From IMG/VR virus record IMGVR_UViG_2585427774_000008: a stretch of DNA of 41,590 nucleotides, one strand, 5' to 3'. The position numbers were made by a program, and so were the translations under genes. Positions 26,900 through 37,042 of the stretch are shown piece by piece. Numbering within the stretch: position 1 is the stretch's first letter; each line of letters opens with the position of its first letter. The DNA is from a virus. Its lineage: Duplodnaviria; Heunggongvirae; Uroviricota; Caudoviricetes. The notes beneath the pieces are model-generated. The model was given only the letters and a program-made list of their open reading frames with translations. It was not told where the DNA came from and did no database searches.

Positions 26900-27450
26900 G
26901 TTTCAAAAGTGGTGTAACAACGAGGGTTGATAACGCTCAGGCCATTCTGGATGCGCTCCGGTCGCTAACCAAAAAGGATGTGCTGGTGGGCATCCCGGAA
27001 GAAGACAGCGAGCGTGAGGATGTTCCGTTTGGTAATGCCGGGATCGGTTACGTCAACGAATACGGCTCACCAGCGCAAAACATACCCCCACGCCCGCACC
27101 TGATCCCCGGCGTTAAATCCGTAGAGGAACAGACGGTGCCGCAGCTCAAAGCAGCGGCGCAGGCTGCGCTTGATGGAAATGCGGCGGGTGCGGAAAGAGC
27201 GCTTAACCGCGCCGGAACGCTGGCCGCGAATGGCGTCAGGCGTTACATGACCATTACCGGCTTTACACCGCTTGCTGATAGCACCGTTGAAGCACGCGCA
27301 CGCCGTGGGCGCAAAGGGGCAAAAGAGGAACTTGCGCGGCGCGCTGCTGGTGAGTCTCCTGGAACCGATCTGGTGAAACCGCTAATCGACACCGGGCAAT
27401 ATCGCAGAGCTATTACCCATATTGTGAGGGATAAAGATGCCGACTCTTGA
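26896..27450 (+). CDS. Hypothetical phage structural protein
   Basis: 184-aa ORF with overlapping start/stop. Confidence 0.5.
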   Translation: MSFKSGVTTRVDNAQAILDALRSLTKKDVLVGIPEEDSEREDVPFGNAGIGYVNEYGSPAQNIPPRPHLIPGVKSVEEQTVPQLKAAAQAALDGNAAGAERALNRAGTLAANGVRRYMTITGFTPLADSTVEARARRGRKGAKEELARRAAGESPGTDLVKPLIDTGQYRRAITHIVRDKDADS

Positions 27451-27826
27451 TGTAACAGACGTGCTTTTTGACCCCGATTTTTGCGACTTCAACCTGTGGG
27501 TAACGCGTCGCGCGCAAACGGTGGACGATGACGGGATCGGCAGCGACAGCGAAGTTAAAACGCAGTTTGCCGGGGTTGTTACTGTTGACCGCTCCCTGGA
27601 AAACCGCCGCATGCAGGCCGGGCAGGTTATCAGCGGCGCGATTCTCATCGTGACAACTGAGCGGCTGACGCAGGGGCAGACTGGCCGTGATGCCGATATC
27701 GTGACGTATCAGAACCGTGATTATCGCGTGACATTCGTCGACCCGTATACGGCTTACGGTGCTGGCTTCGTCCAGGCTCATTGTGAATTACTGCCGTTTG
27801 ATGGGGGAACTCCCATTGAGCAATAA
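27437..27826 (+). CDS. Hypothetical phage structural protein
   Basis: 129-aa ORF in structural operon. Confidence 0.5.
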   Translation: MPTLDVTDVLFDPDFCDFNLWVTRRAQTVDDDGIGSDSEVKTQFAGVVTVDRSLENRRMQAGQVISGAILIVTTERLTQGQTGRDADIVTYQNRDYRVTFVDPYTAYGAGFVQAHCELLPFDGGTPIEQ

Positions 27827-28364
27827 CACCAGCACAGAGCGCGGCTGGCTGACACCCACCAGCGGCGATCCGGCTTATGACGAAGCGCTCGACAGGCTGC
27901 TAAGCCAGTGGATGCGCAATGTTTCCGGCTTGCCGTCTGGAATGGTTCGTCCGCGCTGGCAGAAAAATCAGCCGCCACTGCCACCCGTTGAAACGAACTG
28001 GTGCGCGTTTGGCGTTACCGGGTTGCTCATTGATAACAACCCTGCATTCACCGGGCAGACTGAAGAGGGCGCTCAGCTCTGGAGGCATGAAACGTTCGAG
28101 TGCATGGCGTCGTTCTATGGTCCGGCTGGTATGTCTTATGCGTCCCGTTTTCGCGATGGTATATCTGTCCCGCAAAACAATGCTGAGCTGAACGCGCTTG
28201 GTTTATCCCTTGGCGACTATACCGCTCTGACCCCTTTCCCCGAACTTATCAACCAGCAATGGGTTCGCCGTTACGACATGACGGTGCGACTGCGCCGGAA
28301 GGTTGTCCGCGAGTATGGCATCAAATCGCTGGTGGAAGTGCCAGTCACCTTTTTTGGAGAATAA
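27801..28364 (+). CDS. Hypothetical phage structural protein
   Basis: 187 aa from ATG at 27801; start uncertain. Confidence 0.45.
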   Translation: MGELPLSNNTSTERGWLTPTSGDPAYDEALDRLLSQWMRNVSGLPSGMVRPRWQKNQPPLPPVETNWCAFGVTGLLIDNNPAFTGQTEEGAQLWRHETFECMASFYGPAGMSYASRFRDGISVPQNNAELNALGLSLGDYTALTPFPELINQQWVRRYDMTVRLRRKVVREYGIKSLVEVPVTFFGE

Positions 28365-28367
28365 ACT

Positions 28368-29528
28368 ATGACGCAGGGCTTACCTGTATCCAACGTTGTA
28401 AACGTTGATGTGATCATCTCGCCGAAAGCGGCTACTGGTCGTAACTTCGGCGCATTGCTAATCCTTGGCTCTTCCACTGTCATTCCGGTGACAGAACGTA
28501 CTCGCCTATATGCTTCCATTGAGGACATTGGCGAAGACTTCGGTGTCGACAGCCCGGAATATAAAGCAGCGCAGGTTTTCTTCAGCCAGTCACCGAAGCC
28601 GACACAGGTTTATGTTGGTCGCTGGGCGAAGACGCTGAGTTCTTCCGAGAGTGGAGATACTGAAACTATCGTGCAAGCCGTTAATGCCTGCCTGCAATAT
28701 ACCAACTGGTATGGGCTGGTTGTCGCTGATGATGTTGTCGCTGGTGGCGATGTGCTTGATGCTGATGACGTGATTGAGGTCGCCAAACTTATTGAAGCGT
28801 CCAGCCTTAGCCGTATCTTTGGTGTGACCTCTGCCGACGCCGAGATTATCAGCACGACTTCGACGACCGATGTTGCGTCGAAATTAAAGGCTGGCAAGTA
28901 TGCCCGTACCTTTATTCAGTATTCCACCAGCAGCCCTTACGCAGCGGTTTCTGCTTTCGGTCGTGCGTTTACTGTCAATTTCAACGGCAGCAATACCACC
29001 ATTACCCTGAAGTTCAAACAGGAACCAAGCGTAACCTACGAAACGTTGACGGTAGGCCAGGCGGCTGCGGTGGATACGAAGAATGCGAACGTGTTCGTGT
29101 ACTACGCCAACGACACGGCGATCCTGCAACAGGGTGTCATGGCGAACGGTGACTTCTTCGACGAGCGCCACGGGCTCGACTGGTTGCAGAACTACGTTCA
29201 GACCAACCTCTATAACCTGCTTTACACCAGCACCACCAAAATTCCGCAGACTGATGCCGGTGTTACCCGTCTGCTTTCCAACGTTGAACAGTCCATGGAT
29301 CAGTCCGTCACGAACGGTCTGGTAGCTGCTGGCGTGTGGAATGGTGGCCCTATCGGACAGCTGAATTCCGGCGATACGCTGACCAAAGGCTATTACGTGT
29401 ATGCGCAACCGCTGTCCGAACAGGCGCAGGCCGACCGCGAAGCGCGCAAAGCACCGTTAATCCAGGTGGCCTGTAAGCTGGCTGGCGCAGTTCATTATGC
29501 CGATGTGCAGATCAACGTGGTTCGCTAA
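28368..29528 (+). CDS. Putative tail sheath-like protein
   Basis: 386-aa ORF preceding tube-like and chaperone genes; assignment by position and size only. Confidence 0.45.
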   Translation: MTQGLPVSNVVNVDVIISPKAATGRNFGALLILGSSTVIPVTERTRLYASIEDIGEDFGVDSPEYKAAQVFFSQSPKPTQVYVGRWAKTLSSSESGDTETIVQAVNACLQYTNWYGLVVADDVVAGGDVLDADDVIEVAKLIEASSLSRIFGVTSADAEIISTTSTTDVASKLKAGKYARTFIQYSTSSPYAAVSAFGRAFTVNFNGSNTTITLKFKQEPSVTYETLTVGQAAAVDTKNANVFVYYANDTAILQQGVMANGDFFDERHGLDWLQNYVQTNLYNLLYTSTTKIPQTDAGVTRLLSNVEQSMDQSVTNGLVAAGVWNGGPIGQLNSGDTLTKGYYVYAQPLSEQAQADREARKAPLIQVACKLAGAVHYADVQINVVR

Positions 29529-29538
29529 GGAGCGATAA

Positions 29539-29979
29539 ATGGCAACTTATTCTTTTCTCGATGTAACCGCGTCGCTCACCGGGCCGACCGGCGTTATCGA
29601 TCTTGGTCAGGGTTCTGCGAACTCTGAGGAAGGTATCACCCAGACCATGGGCGGCAACAAAAACACCATGACCATCGGTGCCGATGGCGAGGTGATGCAC
29701 AGCCTGCACGCCGATAAGTCAGGCACCATTACGGTGACGCTACTCAAAACCTCCCCGGTGAATAAAAAGCTGTCTCTGGCGTATAACGCGCAAAGCCAGT
29801 CCTCTGCCACCTGGGGCAATAACGTGATCGTCATTCGCAACACGGCATCGGGTGATATTTCTACTGCGCGTTCGTGTGCATTCCAGAAACAGCCTGATTT
29901 CAATAACGCTAAAGAGGGCGGAACCGTCGCCTGGGTATTCGACTGCGGCAAGATTGACCAGCTTCTCGGGGAGTTTTAA
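29539..29979 (+). CDS. Putative tail tube-like protein
   Basis: 146-aa ORF with AAGGAG SD between sheath-like and chaperone genes. Confidence 0.45.
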   Translation: MATYSFLDVTASLTGPTGVIDLGQGSANSEEGITQTMGGNKNTMTIGADGEVMHSLHADKSGTITVTLLKTSPVNKKLSLAYNAQSQSSATWGNNVIVIRNTASGDISTARSCAFQKQPDFNNAKEGGTVAWVFDCGKIDQLLGEF

Positions 29980-29982
29980 CGC

Positions 29983-30408
29983 ATGGAATTCGAAATTAAA
30001 GGCGTGAAATATCGCACCGCAAAGCTCAGCGTTTTCGAACAGCTGAAGGTGTCCCGCAAGCTGTTGCCGGTTCTGGCCGGGATGGTTTCGGACTTCCGGA
30101 GCGTTCAGGAGAAGATCAGCAGCAAAGACACCGAAGGCGCGATGGCTACCATCCTGCCAAAGATTGCCAATGCTGTGTCCGATCTGAGTGATGGCGACGT
30201 GGACGCTATCCTGTTCCCCTGTCTTTCCGTTGTTTCACGCGAGCACATGAAAGGCTGGGTGCCGGTCTGCCAGCATGGCGAAATGGCGTTTGACGATATC
30301 GACCTGCTTACCATGCTGCAACTGGTGGCGCGGGTGGTCGCCGACTCGCTGGGAAATTTTTTGCAAGGACTCCCTACCAGCGAGACGCCCACCCCGCTAG
30401 CGGAATAA
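29983..30408 (+). CDS. Tail assembly chaperone (G-like)
   Basis: 141-aa ORF immediately upstream of tape measure gene; contains slippery site near 3' end. Confidence 0.6.
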   Translation: MEFEIKGVKYRTAKLSVFEQLKVSRKLLPVLAGMVSDFRSVQEKISSKDTEGAMATILPKIANAVSDLSDGDVDAILFPCLSVVSREHMKGWVPVCQHGEMAFDDIDLLTMLQLVARVVADSLGNFLQGLPTSETPTPLAE

Positions 30409-30596
30409 CCTTCAACAGCCTGCCGGGCGGTGAAGATTTTATTCTTCGCCCGGCGCTTGCCTTCCATATTGACCAGAAAGACCTTAACAGCGGTGCGGTA
30501 GACCTTTGCCGCATCGCGCTTCTCAATGACTACCTCGACATGCGCGAGGATAACGACGCCCGGGTAGATAAATGGAGAGCGGCCAATGAGCGGTAA
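30351..30596 (+). other. Programmed -1 frameshift site and extension ORF (GT-like chaperone product)
   Basis: Slippery heptamer A_AAT_TTT at 30354-30360 (within GGGAAATTTTTTG); the -1 frame stays open for about 80 codons to TAA at 30594-30596, overlapping the tape measure start. Confidence 0.55.
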
Positions 30597-32667
30597 CGCA
30601 GATACGATTAAAGATTTCCTTGTTTCGCTGGGATTCGATATCGATCAGGCTGGCGCTAATAAGTTTGAAGCCGTGCTGAAAGGCGTTACAGCTAACGTTC
30701 TGAAGGTCGGCGCGGTGGTGGAAGGCGCAGCGCTGAGCATTGTCGGATTTACCACTCAGATCGCGAACGGTCTGGATAAAATTTACTGGGCATCCCAGCG
30801 GACGGGGGCCAGTGTCCAGGGCATCAAAGCGCTGGGATACGCCGCATCGCAAACCGGTGCCAGCGCCGAGTCGGCTATGTCCTCCCTCGAAGGGCTGGCC
30901 GGTTTCATGCGTAGCAATCCGGGCGCGGAAGGCTTCCTGAACCGCCTGGGCGTCCAGACTCGCGATGCCAGCGGAAAGATGCGTGATACTGCGGCCATCT
31001 TTACTGGCGTTGGGCAAAAGCTCAACAACATGCCGTATTACCGCGCGAAACAATACGCGCAGATGCTTGGCATCGATGAAAACACGCTGATGGCGATGCG
31101 GCGCGACATGAATGGCTTTACCGCCGATTACCAGTCGATGCTGCAAAAGACAGGGTTCAACGCTGATAAAGCGGCTGTTCAGTCCAACAAATTCATGACG
31201 TCCATGCGCGGGCTTACGTCGCTGTTCGGCATCATGCGGGACAAGATCGGCTCAAACCTCGCTGGTGGCCTGGCTGGTTCGCTGGACAGCCTGCGGCGGC
31301 GCATCCTCGACAATTTCCCGAAGATTGAAGAGACGCTGACCAGAGTTATTAAAGGCGTGATCTGGCTTGCGAACGCATTCACGAGAATGGCGTGGCGGCT
31401 GATACAGGGCGCTGGCTCTGTCATCGACTGGTGGAAGCGTCTTGACGATGGCAGTAAAAATCTGCTGAAAATATTCGGTGCTCTACTGGTCGCATGGCGT
31501 CTGCTTAATTCTGCGTTCCTGAAATCCCCGATTGGAATTATCACCACACTGATTCTGGCGATCGGATTGCTGTACGACGATTACCAGACGTGGAAAGAGG
31601 GCGGTAAAAGCCTGATTGACTGGTCCAAATGGCAGCCAGAAATTGAGCAGGCAAAGAAGGTGTTCAAGTGGCTGCGCGATAAGTTTCTGGAGCTCAAGGA
31701 CAACCTCGGCGGCTGGAAAAATACGCTCACCATCCTGTTTGGCTTTCTGGCTGGTGCGAAGCTGGTCTCCATGCTCACTGGCATCGGGCGACTTGTCGCC
31801 GGATTTATGGGGCTTGGTAAGGCAATTGGCGGCTCTATTGGTGGGCTGGGTAAGCTGGCGCAGGGGATCGCACAGCTGGCAATCAAGAATCCATGGTTGC
31901 TTATGTTCATTCCTGCCAACAATACGCCGACCACCAGTGAAGAAATGGCGTCGATTGGCGGTATAGGCAGCAATATCGTACCTGAAAGGCAGCAGGCATA
32001 TGAGGCGCTGAGAAAGGAAAATCCCGGCAAAGACTTTTTCACTGATGAGCAAATCCAGCGAAAAATTCAGGAGATGGGACTGGAGCCGGAGCAGCGAGCG
32101 CAGTCGGTTAAGCGACCTCAGGCGACGGCCCAGGGCAAGGTATTGCTCGACTGGATGGGGCCAATGTTCAATAAACTGGAGTCGCTTTATCAGCTGCCAG
32201 CTGGCCTGTTGAAAAGCGTGGCGATCACCGAGTCGGGTGGTAACCAGTTCGCCATATCCGGCGCAGGCGCGAAAGGACTGTTTCAGTTTATGGATGGCAC
32301 GGCGCGCGACATGGGCCTGCGTGGGAATGATGTATTCGACCCGGAAAAGTCAGCTCAGGCAGCCGCTAAGTACCTCAGCCAGCTGTTGCGGCAGAACGGC
32401 GGAGACCTTAGCAAAGCACTGGCATCATATAACTGGGGGATCGGGAATGTTAAGCGTTATGGAATGGGGCTAATGCCGCAGGAAACGCGCAACTACATTC
32501 CGAAAGTAATGAGCAATATGCCCACCAGCGCCCCGGTGATTCAGCAGGAAACGAATATTAACATCCACGGCGTTTTCGATCCGCGCGAGGCTGCCCGTTT
32601 GACTGTTGACCGTCAAAAGGGCGTGAATTCACAGTTAACCCAGCAACTCCCCGCAGGACCGAGATAA
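30586..32667 (+). CDS. Tail tape measure protein with C-terminal lytic transglycosylase (SLT) domain
   Basis: 693-aa ORF; central hydrophobic/Gly-rich segments; C-terminal SLT motifs ITESGGNQFAISGAGAKGLFQFM...YNWG. Confidence 0.8.
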   Translation: MSGNADTIKDFLVSLGFDIDQAGANKFEAVLKGVTANVLKVGAVVEGAALSIVGFTTQIANGLDKIYWASQRTGASVQGIKALGYAASQTGASAESAMSSLEGLAGFMRSNPGAEGFLNRLGVQTRDASGKMRDTAAIFTGVGQKLNNMPYYRAKQYAQMLGIDENTLMAMRRDMNGFTADYQSMLQKTGFNADKAAVQSNKFMTSMRGLTSLFGIMRDKIGSNLAGGLAGSLDSLRRRILDNFPKIEETLTRVIKGVIWLANAFTRMAWRLIQGAGSVIDWWKRLDDGSKNLLKIFGALLVAWRLLNSAFLKSPIGIITTLILAIGLLYDDYQTWKEGGKSLIDWSKWQPEIEQAKKVFKWLRDKFLELKDNLGGWKNTLTILFGFLAGAKLVSMLTGIGRLVAGFMGLGKAIGGSIGGLGKLAQGIAQLAIKNPWLLMFIPANNTPTTSEEMASIGGIGSNIVPERQQAYEALRKENPGKDFFTDEQIQRKIQEMGLEPEQRAQSVKRPQATAQGKVLLDWMGPMFNKLESLYQLPAGLLKSVAITESGGNQFAISGAGAKGLFQFMDGTARDMGLRGNDVFDPEKSAQAAAKYLSQLLRQNGGDLSKALASYNWGIGNVKRYGMGLMPQETRNYIPKVMSNMPTSAPVIQQETNINIHGVFDPREAARLTVDRQKGVNSQLTQQLPAGPR

Positions 32668-33269
32668 TGGATATTTTATCAGCGATTTTTCGCCAGCAAT
32701 CCCGGCGAATTGGAATATTAATCCCCAGCGTGGTTGTTTCTGAAAAGCATTCTGATGCGCTAGAAATTACTGAGCACCCGGTGGAGAAGCCAACAACGAA
32801 TAGCGCGTCGGGTTTCATCGCCGATCATGCGTATAAGCGCCCCAGCGAAGTCACGATGGAATGCGGCTTCGCAGGTGGCGGTTCGTTGCTGGACTTCATT
32901 GATACATCGTCAATCGGCCTCAGCGCCGGACTTAGCCCGAAAGAGACCTATCAGCAACTACTGGATCTCCAGTCCTCTCGGGTGCCGTTCGATGTAGTGA
33001 CCGGAAAGCGGGTTTACAGCAATATGCTGGTGCGAGCCATCGAGGTGACAACGGATAAAACCAGCGAGAACGTGCTGAACTGCACGCTTACCCTGCGTGA
33101 AGTGATCATGTCGCAGACGCAGAGCGTTAGCGTTGCAGATAAATCAGATATGCAGGATGGCGTCAGCACATCGGCGGTGCAAAATTCCGGGACGAAATCC
33201 ACTACACAGCCAAACGAATCCTTGCTGAGCCAGCTTGGCGGAAGCGTTACATCAGCATTCGGGGGATGA
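32667..33269 (+). CDS. Hypothetical tail/baseplate protein
   Basis: 200-aa ORF, TAATG overlap with tape measure. Confidence 0.5.
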   Translation: MDILSAIFRQQSRRIGILIPSVVVSEKHSDALEITEHPVEKPTTNSASGFIADHAYKRPSEVTMECGFAGGGSLLDFIDTSSIGLSAGLSPKETYQQLLDLQSSRVPFDVVTGKRVYSNMLVRAIEVTTDKTSENVLNCTLTLREVIMSQTQSVSVADKSDMQDGVSTSAVQNSGTKSTTQPNESLLSQLGGSVTSAFGG

Positions 33270-33270
33270 T

Positions 33271-33576
33271 ATGCAGTTTAACGAAATACCGCTTTCTCCT
33301 GACAATCAGCAGTTCCGCGTTTTGCTGGGCAATACCACCTATACGCTCAGGATCATCTGGCGCGATGCGGCTGGCTGGATCATGGACGTGATGGATAGCG
33401 GCGGTGCTGCGCTTCTTTCTGGCGTACCTCTCCTGACCGGCGTGAACCTATTACGACAATATCCACAGCTTGGCATTGATGGCGCGCTGGTGGTGGCGAC
33501 TGATAAGGGCGCACCAGACGAGCCCACCAAAACCAACCTCGGCACATACAGCCACCTCATTTTCGTACAGGAGTAG
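33271..33576 (+). CDS. Hypothetical tail protein
   Basis: 101 aa from ATG at 33271 with GGGGGA SD. Confidence 0.5.
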   Translation: MQFNEIPLSPDNQQFRVLLGNTTYTLRIIWRDAAGWIMDVMDSGGAALLSGVPLLTGVNLLRQYPQLGIDGALVVATDKGAPDEPTKTNLGTYSHLIFVQE

Positions 33577-33578
33577 AA

Positions 33579-34646
33579 ATGTCTCTTAACTGGATGCGCC
33601 ATTTTGAGCTGCAACTGTTGGACCAGAACGGGCAGGGCGTTTCCCTGTCTGATTTTAAGGTCACGTTCCAGATCGAGTGGGCAGATACACGCTGGCCGCG
33701 AGTGGCGAACGTGAAAATTTACAACCTTTCGACCGATACCACGAACAAGATACTGGGGCAGGAGTTTGCCAAAATTCGCATCATTGCCGGGTATGACGGT
33801 ATAGCGCCGGATGTTGATGCGAGCCAGGTTGGTGTGTCCCGGGAGATTTCACCAGACCAGATAGGGCAGGTGAACGGTCAGAACTACGGCCTGATTTTTG
33901 ACGGTGATATTCGCTTCACCGTCACCGGGAAGGACAACATCACCGATTCCTGGGTGCTGATTCAGGCCATCAGTAACCACGAAGCGTTCCTCTACGCGAC
34001 TACCATCACCACGCTTGCCGCTGGTTATACCGTTGCGGACCTGCACCGGGCGACTATGCAGGATTTCAACGCGTTCGGCGTGACGCAGGGCATTACCGGT
34101 GACTTTCCTGATACCGTGTTTCCTCGTGGCCGTGCGATTTATTCATCCACCCGTAACGTGATGGATAATATTGCTGCGCAGTGCAAAGCGACATGGCAGC
34201 TGGTGGATGGTCAGGTCCAGATGGTGCCGGAGGATAAATATATTCACGAAGCCATTGTGTTGAATGCCGATACTGGCCTGATCGGTATGCCGCAACAAAC
34301 GATGGGCGGCGGAGTAAACGTGCGGTGCCTGATAAACCCAAACATCCGTATTAATGGTCTTATCCAGCTCGATCAGGCTTCGGTGTACCGCGCCGCGCTC
34401 GGCAATAGCGAAATCGCACAGTCGCCCGGGCGTATCACCGAAACAGAAGAGAACGGCAACCGTGTGCTGACCGGCACGACGTCACAGGCTGCCAGCATTG
34501 CGACGGATGGCGTTTATATCGTCAAAGCTATCGACTATACTGGCGACACCAGAGGTCAGGCGTGGTACATGGATTTGATGTGTTTTGCGCGTGGCGCTCG
34601 TGACCTGATTAGCCAGTCGACTATAGCTCGCTCAGGAGGAAATTAA
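33579..34646 (+). CDS. Hypothetical baseplate/tail protein
   Basis: 355-aa ORF in tail operon. Confidence 0.5.
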   Translation: MSLNWMRHFELQLLDQNGQGVSLSDFKVTFQIEWADTRWPRVANVKIYNLSTDTTNKILGQEFAKIRIIAGYDGIAPDVDASQVGVSREISPDQIGQVNGQNYGLIFDGDIRFTVTGKDNITDSWVLIQAISNHEAFLYATTITTLAAGYTVADLHRATMQDFNAFGVTQGITGDFPDTVFPRGRAIYSSTRNVMDNIAAQCKATWQLVDGQVQMVPEDKYIHEAIVLNADTGLIGMPQQTMGGGVNVRCLINPNIRINGLIQLDQASVYRAALGNSEIAQSPGRITETEENGNRVLTGTTSQAASIATDGVYIVKAIDYTGDTRGQAWYMDLMCFARGARDLISQSTIARSGGN

Positions 34647-35537
34647 GTGGGTACAAATAAGAACGGAATTCGATATAGCGCACTTTTTCTTTCCGGGTTG
34701 CTCTTATCCGGGGGCGCGAGTGCAGGCTTTAATTCCGCGCAGAACGCTGAGTACAAAAGACGTCCAGGATGGCAGCCGATAGTAATTTTATCGACAGATG
34801 ATTGTCAGACATGGAAATCTAAAGGGAAGTCACTAATTGACTGGAGTGGCGAGATCTGTGGTCCTGACGGGTTGATTAAGGCAATCAATAAAAAGCCGGA
34901 GAATATACCAGCTTTTTATGCTGCATATCATGAGTACGGCACAGGTGGAGTTAGGGCTATCGATGTAAGAGATAATTCTCAGCTAAATTATCTCAATTTT
35001 GTAAATGATTTAGCTAAGAAACTTTCTTCTTCGGCTGTTGTATTAAAGATTTATGATGATTATATCATTGATAGAAAACCCATGGGGCTTGCAGAGGTTT
35101 CACGAGAAAATTTTGTAAAACAGCTAAATGAGTTATCGCTGAAGCAACCTGCCATCTATCAAAAAATGAACGACGTAGCCAAGGCTGATTACGAGAAAAG
35201 TAGTAATGTTCACAGTAACGAAAAGCTTGGCGTGAATTACAAAACAGTCTGTGGTCCTTATACGATTGATCTGTCTTCTGCTGATGGTTGGGCCAGAATT
35301 AATGGCGCAAAACCAGAGACGCAAAAAATTAGCCCAATCGGCTCTGGTGGTAGCACCAAAGGGGAACCGGATAACATCAAGATGGAGTGGATGGCTGCCA
35401 CTAATCAACCCGGCCGCTGGGTTGGGCTTGAGTACATCAAGCGCAACGGAAAAGCTATTCTCAACGCACAGTGGTTGCAGGCCAGCATAGACGCGCCGCG
35501 CCAGTATGCAACATACGACTGCCGAAAAGTAAAATAG
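34647..35537 (+). CDS. Secreted/periplasmic protein with signal peptide (moron), function unknown
   Basis: 296-aa ORF from GTG with AGGAGG SD; N-terminal signal-peptide-like MGTNKNGIRYSALFLSGLLLSGGASA; four Cys; region appears AT-rich. Confidence 0.6.
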   Translation: MGTNKNGIRYSALFLSGLLLSGGASAGFNSAQNAEYKRRPGWQPIVILSTDDCQTWKSKGKSLIDWSGEICGPDGLIKAINKKPENIPAFYAAYHEYGTGGVRAIDVRDNSQLNYLNFVNDLAKKLSSSAVVLKIYDDYIIDRKPMGLAEVSRENFVKQLNELSLKQPAIYQKMNDVAKADYEKSSNVHSNEKLGVNYKTVCGPYTIDLSSADGWARINGAKPETQKISPIGSGGSTKGEPDNIKMEWMAATNQPGRWVGLEYIKRNGKAILNAQWLQASIDAPRQYATYDCRKVK

Positions 35538-35555
35538 CCCGCCAGATAGGCGGGC
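35537..35555. terminator. Hairpin between convergent genes
   Basis: gcccgcc-agata-ggcgggc inverted repeat. Confidence 0.4.
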
Positions 35556-35560
35556 ATGCG

Positions 35561-35851
35561 TCAAAAATATTGAGCTTTAATTATAATAAACACAATAATT
35601 ACGAACAGGATGTTTCTAATTATTTTTTGCTTATGAGTAAGTTGTTTTTTTTCTGTCGATTTCCCGGGAGAGTAAAGGTTAGTGGTATGCGACAGCCCCG
35701 TGCCGGGAAGGCCATTTGTCATCTTTACGCCTTTTTTCCCGATGTTAATGGTGGAACCTTTACCACCAATTGAAGTGCTTACTCCGCTTTTACTAATGTT
35801 GATCGCGAGTCCGGGCGCAATCCGGATTCTTTTACGAAATCTAAATCCCAT
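35561..35851 (-). CDS. DUF4236-like small membrane-anchored protein
   Basis: 96-aa ORF with AGGAG SD; N-terminus MGFRFRKRIRIAPGLAINISKSG recalled as DUF4236-type; C-terminal TM helix ILFVIIVFIII. Confidence 0.55.
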   Translation of the reverse strand: MGFRFRKRIRIAPGLAINISKSGVSTSIGGKGSTINIGKKGVKMTNGLPGTGLSHTTNLYSPGKSTEKKQLTHKQKIIRNILFVIIVFIIIKAQYF

Positions 35852-36037
35852 TTGTTACTCCTGTAGTCAATAATGCGATGGTGCAGGTCCACTCTATGGC
35901 GGCTTCATGGCTGAAATTGATTTTCAATGCTTACTTGTTGCAAACATATCCTAATACACCTTGTGAATGTGTGCCATTGCAGCGGAAAAGCCTTACTTCA
36001 CACTGATGTAGCTTAGTTACTAAGAGATAATTGATAC

Positions 36038-36063
36038 CAAACCAGCTTCGGCTGGTTTTTTTA
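36038..36063 (+). terminator. Rho-independent terminator
   Basis: aaccagc-ttcg-gctggtt hairpin followed by TTTTTTT. Confidence 0.65.
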
Positions 36064-36073
36064 TGGGGGTTTT

Positions 36074-36814
36074 ATGCCAATCCCAACTCAATCACAGATC
36101 GGCGGTGAGCAGCAGACCGCGCAGGCCATTGCCGATTCTGTGTCTACCCAGATGCGCGTAGCGATGCCCGGCATCATTCAGTCGTTCGATCCTGACACTG
36201 TTACCTGCACAGTAGAGGTAGCGCTTCGCGGTATTGTTGGCGATGGCTCCACCGAATTAAAACCGCTGGTGGATGTGCCGGTTATCTTCCCGCGCGGCGG
36301 CGGTTGCACGCTGACCTTTCCGGTAAAAGAAGGCGACGAGTGCCTGCTGATCTTTGCCGACCGTTGCATCGATTTCTGGTGGCAGAGCGGCGGCGTTCAG
36401 GAGACCGTCGATCCGCGACAGCATGACTTATCTGATGCGTTCGCCATCGTTGGCCCGCAGTCGCAAGCACAGAAAATCAGCGGTATCAGTACCAGCGCCG
36501 CGCAGCTGCGAACCGATGATGGTGCGGCGTTCGTAGAGGTTGCCGCAGGACATAACATCACCGTTCAAACACCGGGCCAGCTCACGGCTACGGCTGAAGG
36601 TGGAACGACAATCACATCCCCGACTATCACGCTGAACGGCAACGTAACGATTAATGGCAATCTGTCTCAGGGAATGGGCGAAAGTGGCGGTACTGCGACG
36701 ATGCTTGGGCCGGTGACGGTGACTAACGATGTGAAGGCTGGAGGTAAGAGCCTCATCCAGCATACCCATGGCGGTGTGCAGAATGGCAGCGGGAATACTA
36801 CCGCGCCTAATTAA
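36074..36814 (+). CDS. Baseplate spike protein, gpV-like
   Basis: 246-aa ORF; C-terminal region TLNGNVTINGNL...HTHGGVQNGSGNT typical of gpV-type spikes. Confidence 0.65.
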   Translation: MPIPTQSQIGGEQQTAQAIADSVSTQMRVAMPGIIQSFDPDTVTCTVEVALRGIVGDGSTELKPLVDVPVIFPRGGGCTLTFPVKEGDECLLIFADRCIDFWWQSGGVQETVDPRQHDLSDAFAIVGPQSQAQKISGISTSAAQLRTDDGAAFVEVAAGHNITVQTPGQLTATAEGGTTITSPTITLNGNVTINGNLSQGMGESGGTATMLGPVTVTNDVKAGGKSLIQHTHGGVQNGSGNTTAPN

Positions 36815-36832
36815 AAACTACCAAACAGACAA

Positions 36833-36867
36833 AAGCCCCGGGTGCGCTAACACTTCGGGGCTTTTTA
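36833..36867 (+). terminator. Rho-independent terminator
   Basis: agccccg...cggggct stem followed by TTTTT. Confidence 0.5.
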
Positions 36868-36940
36868 CTTTCTGCACCTTGAGGATAGCAAGGGAGAATA
36901 TGTGATTAATTTTAGCAAACTGATACGGGAGTTGCGAGTC

Positions 36941-37039
36941 ATGGGCGAAAAACTACCCAACTGGAAATTCTTCCTCATCTGGGCCGTGTTCTTTTTATTC
37001 GGTCTGTCAAGCGTTATTAGCGCTATACGCTGGTGGTGA
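36941..37039 (+). CDS. Small transmembrane peptide, doubtful
   Basis: 32-aa ORF not in track (MGEKLPNWKFFLIWAVFFLFGLSSVISAIRWW) with GGGAG SD. Confidence 0.3.
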   Translation: MGEKLPNWKFFLIWAVFFLFGLSSVISAIRWW

Positions 37040-37042
37040 TTT

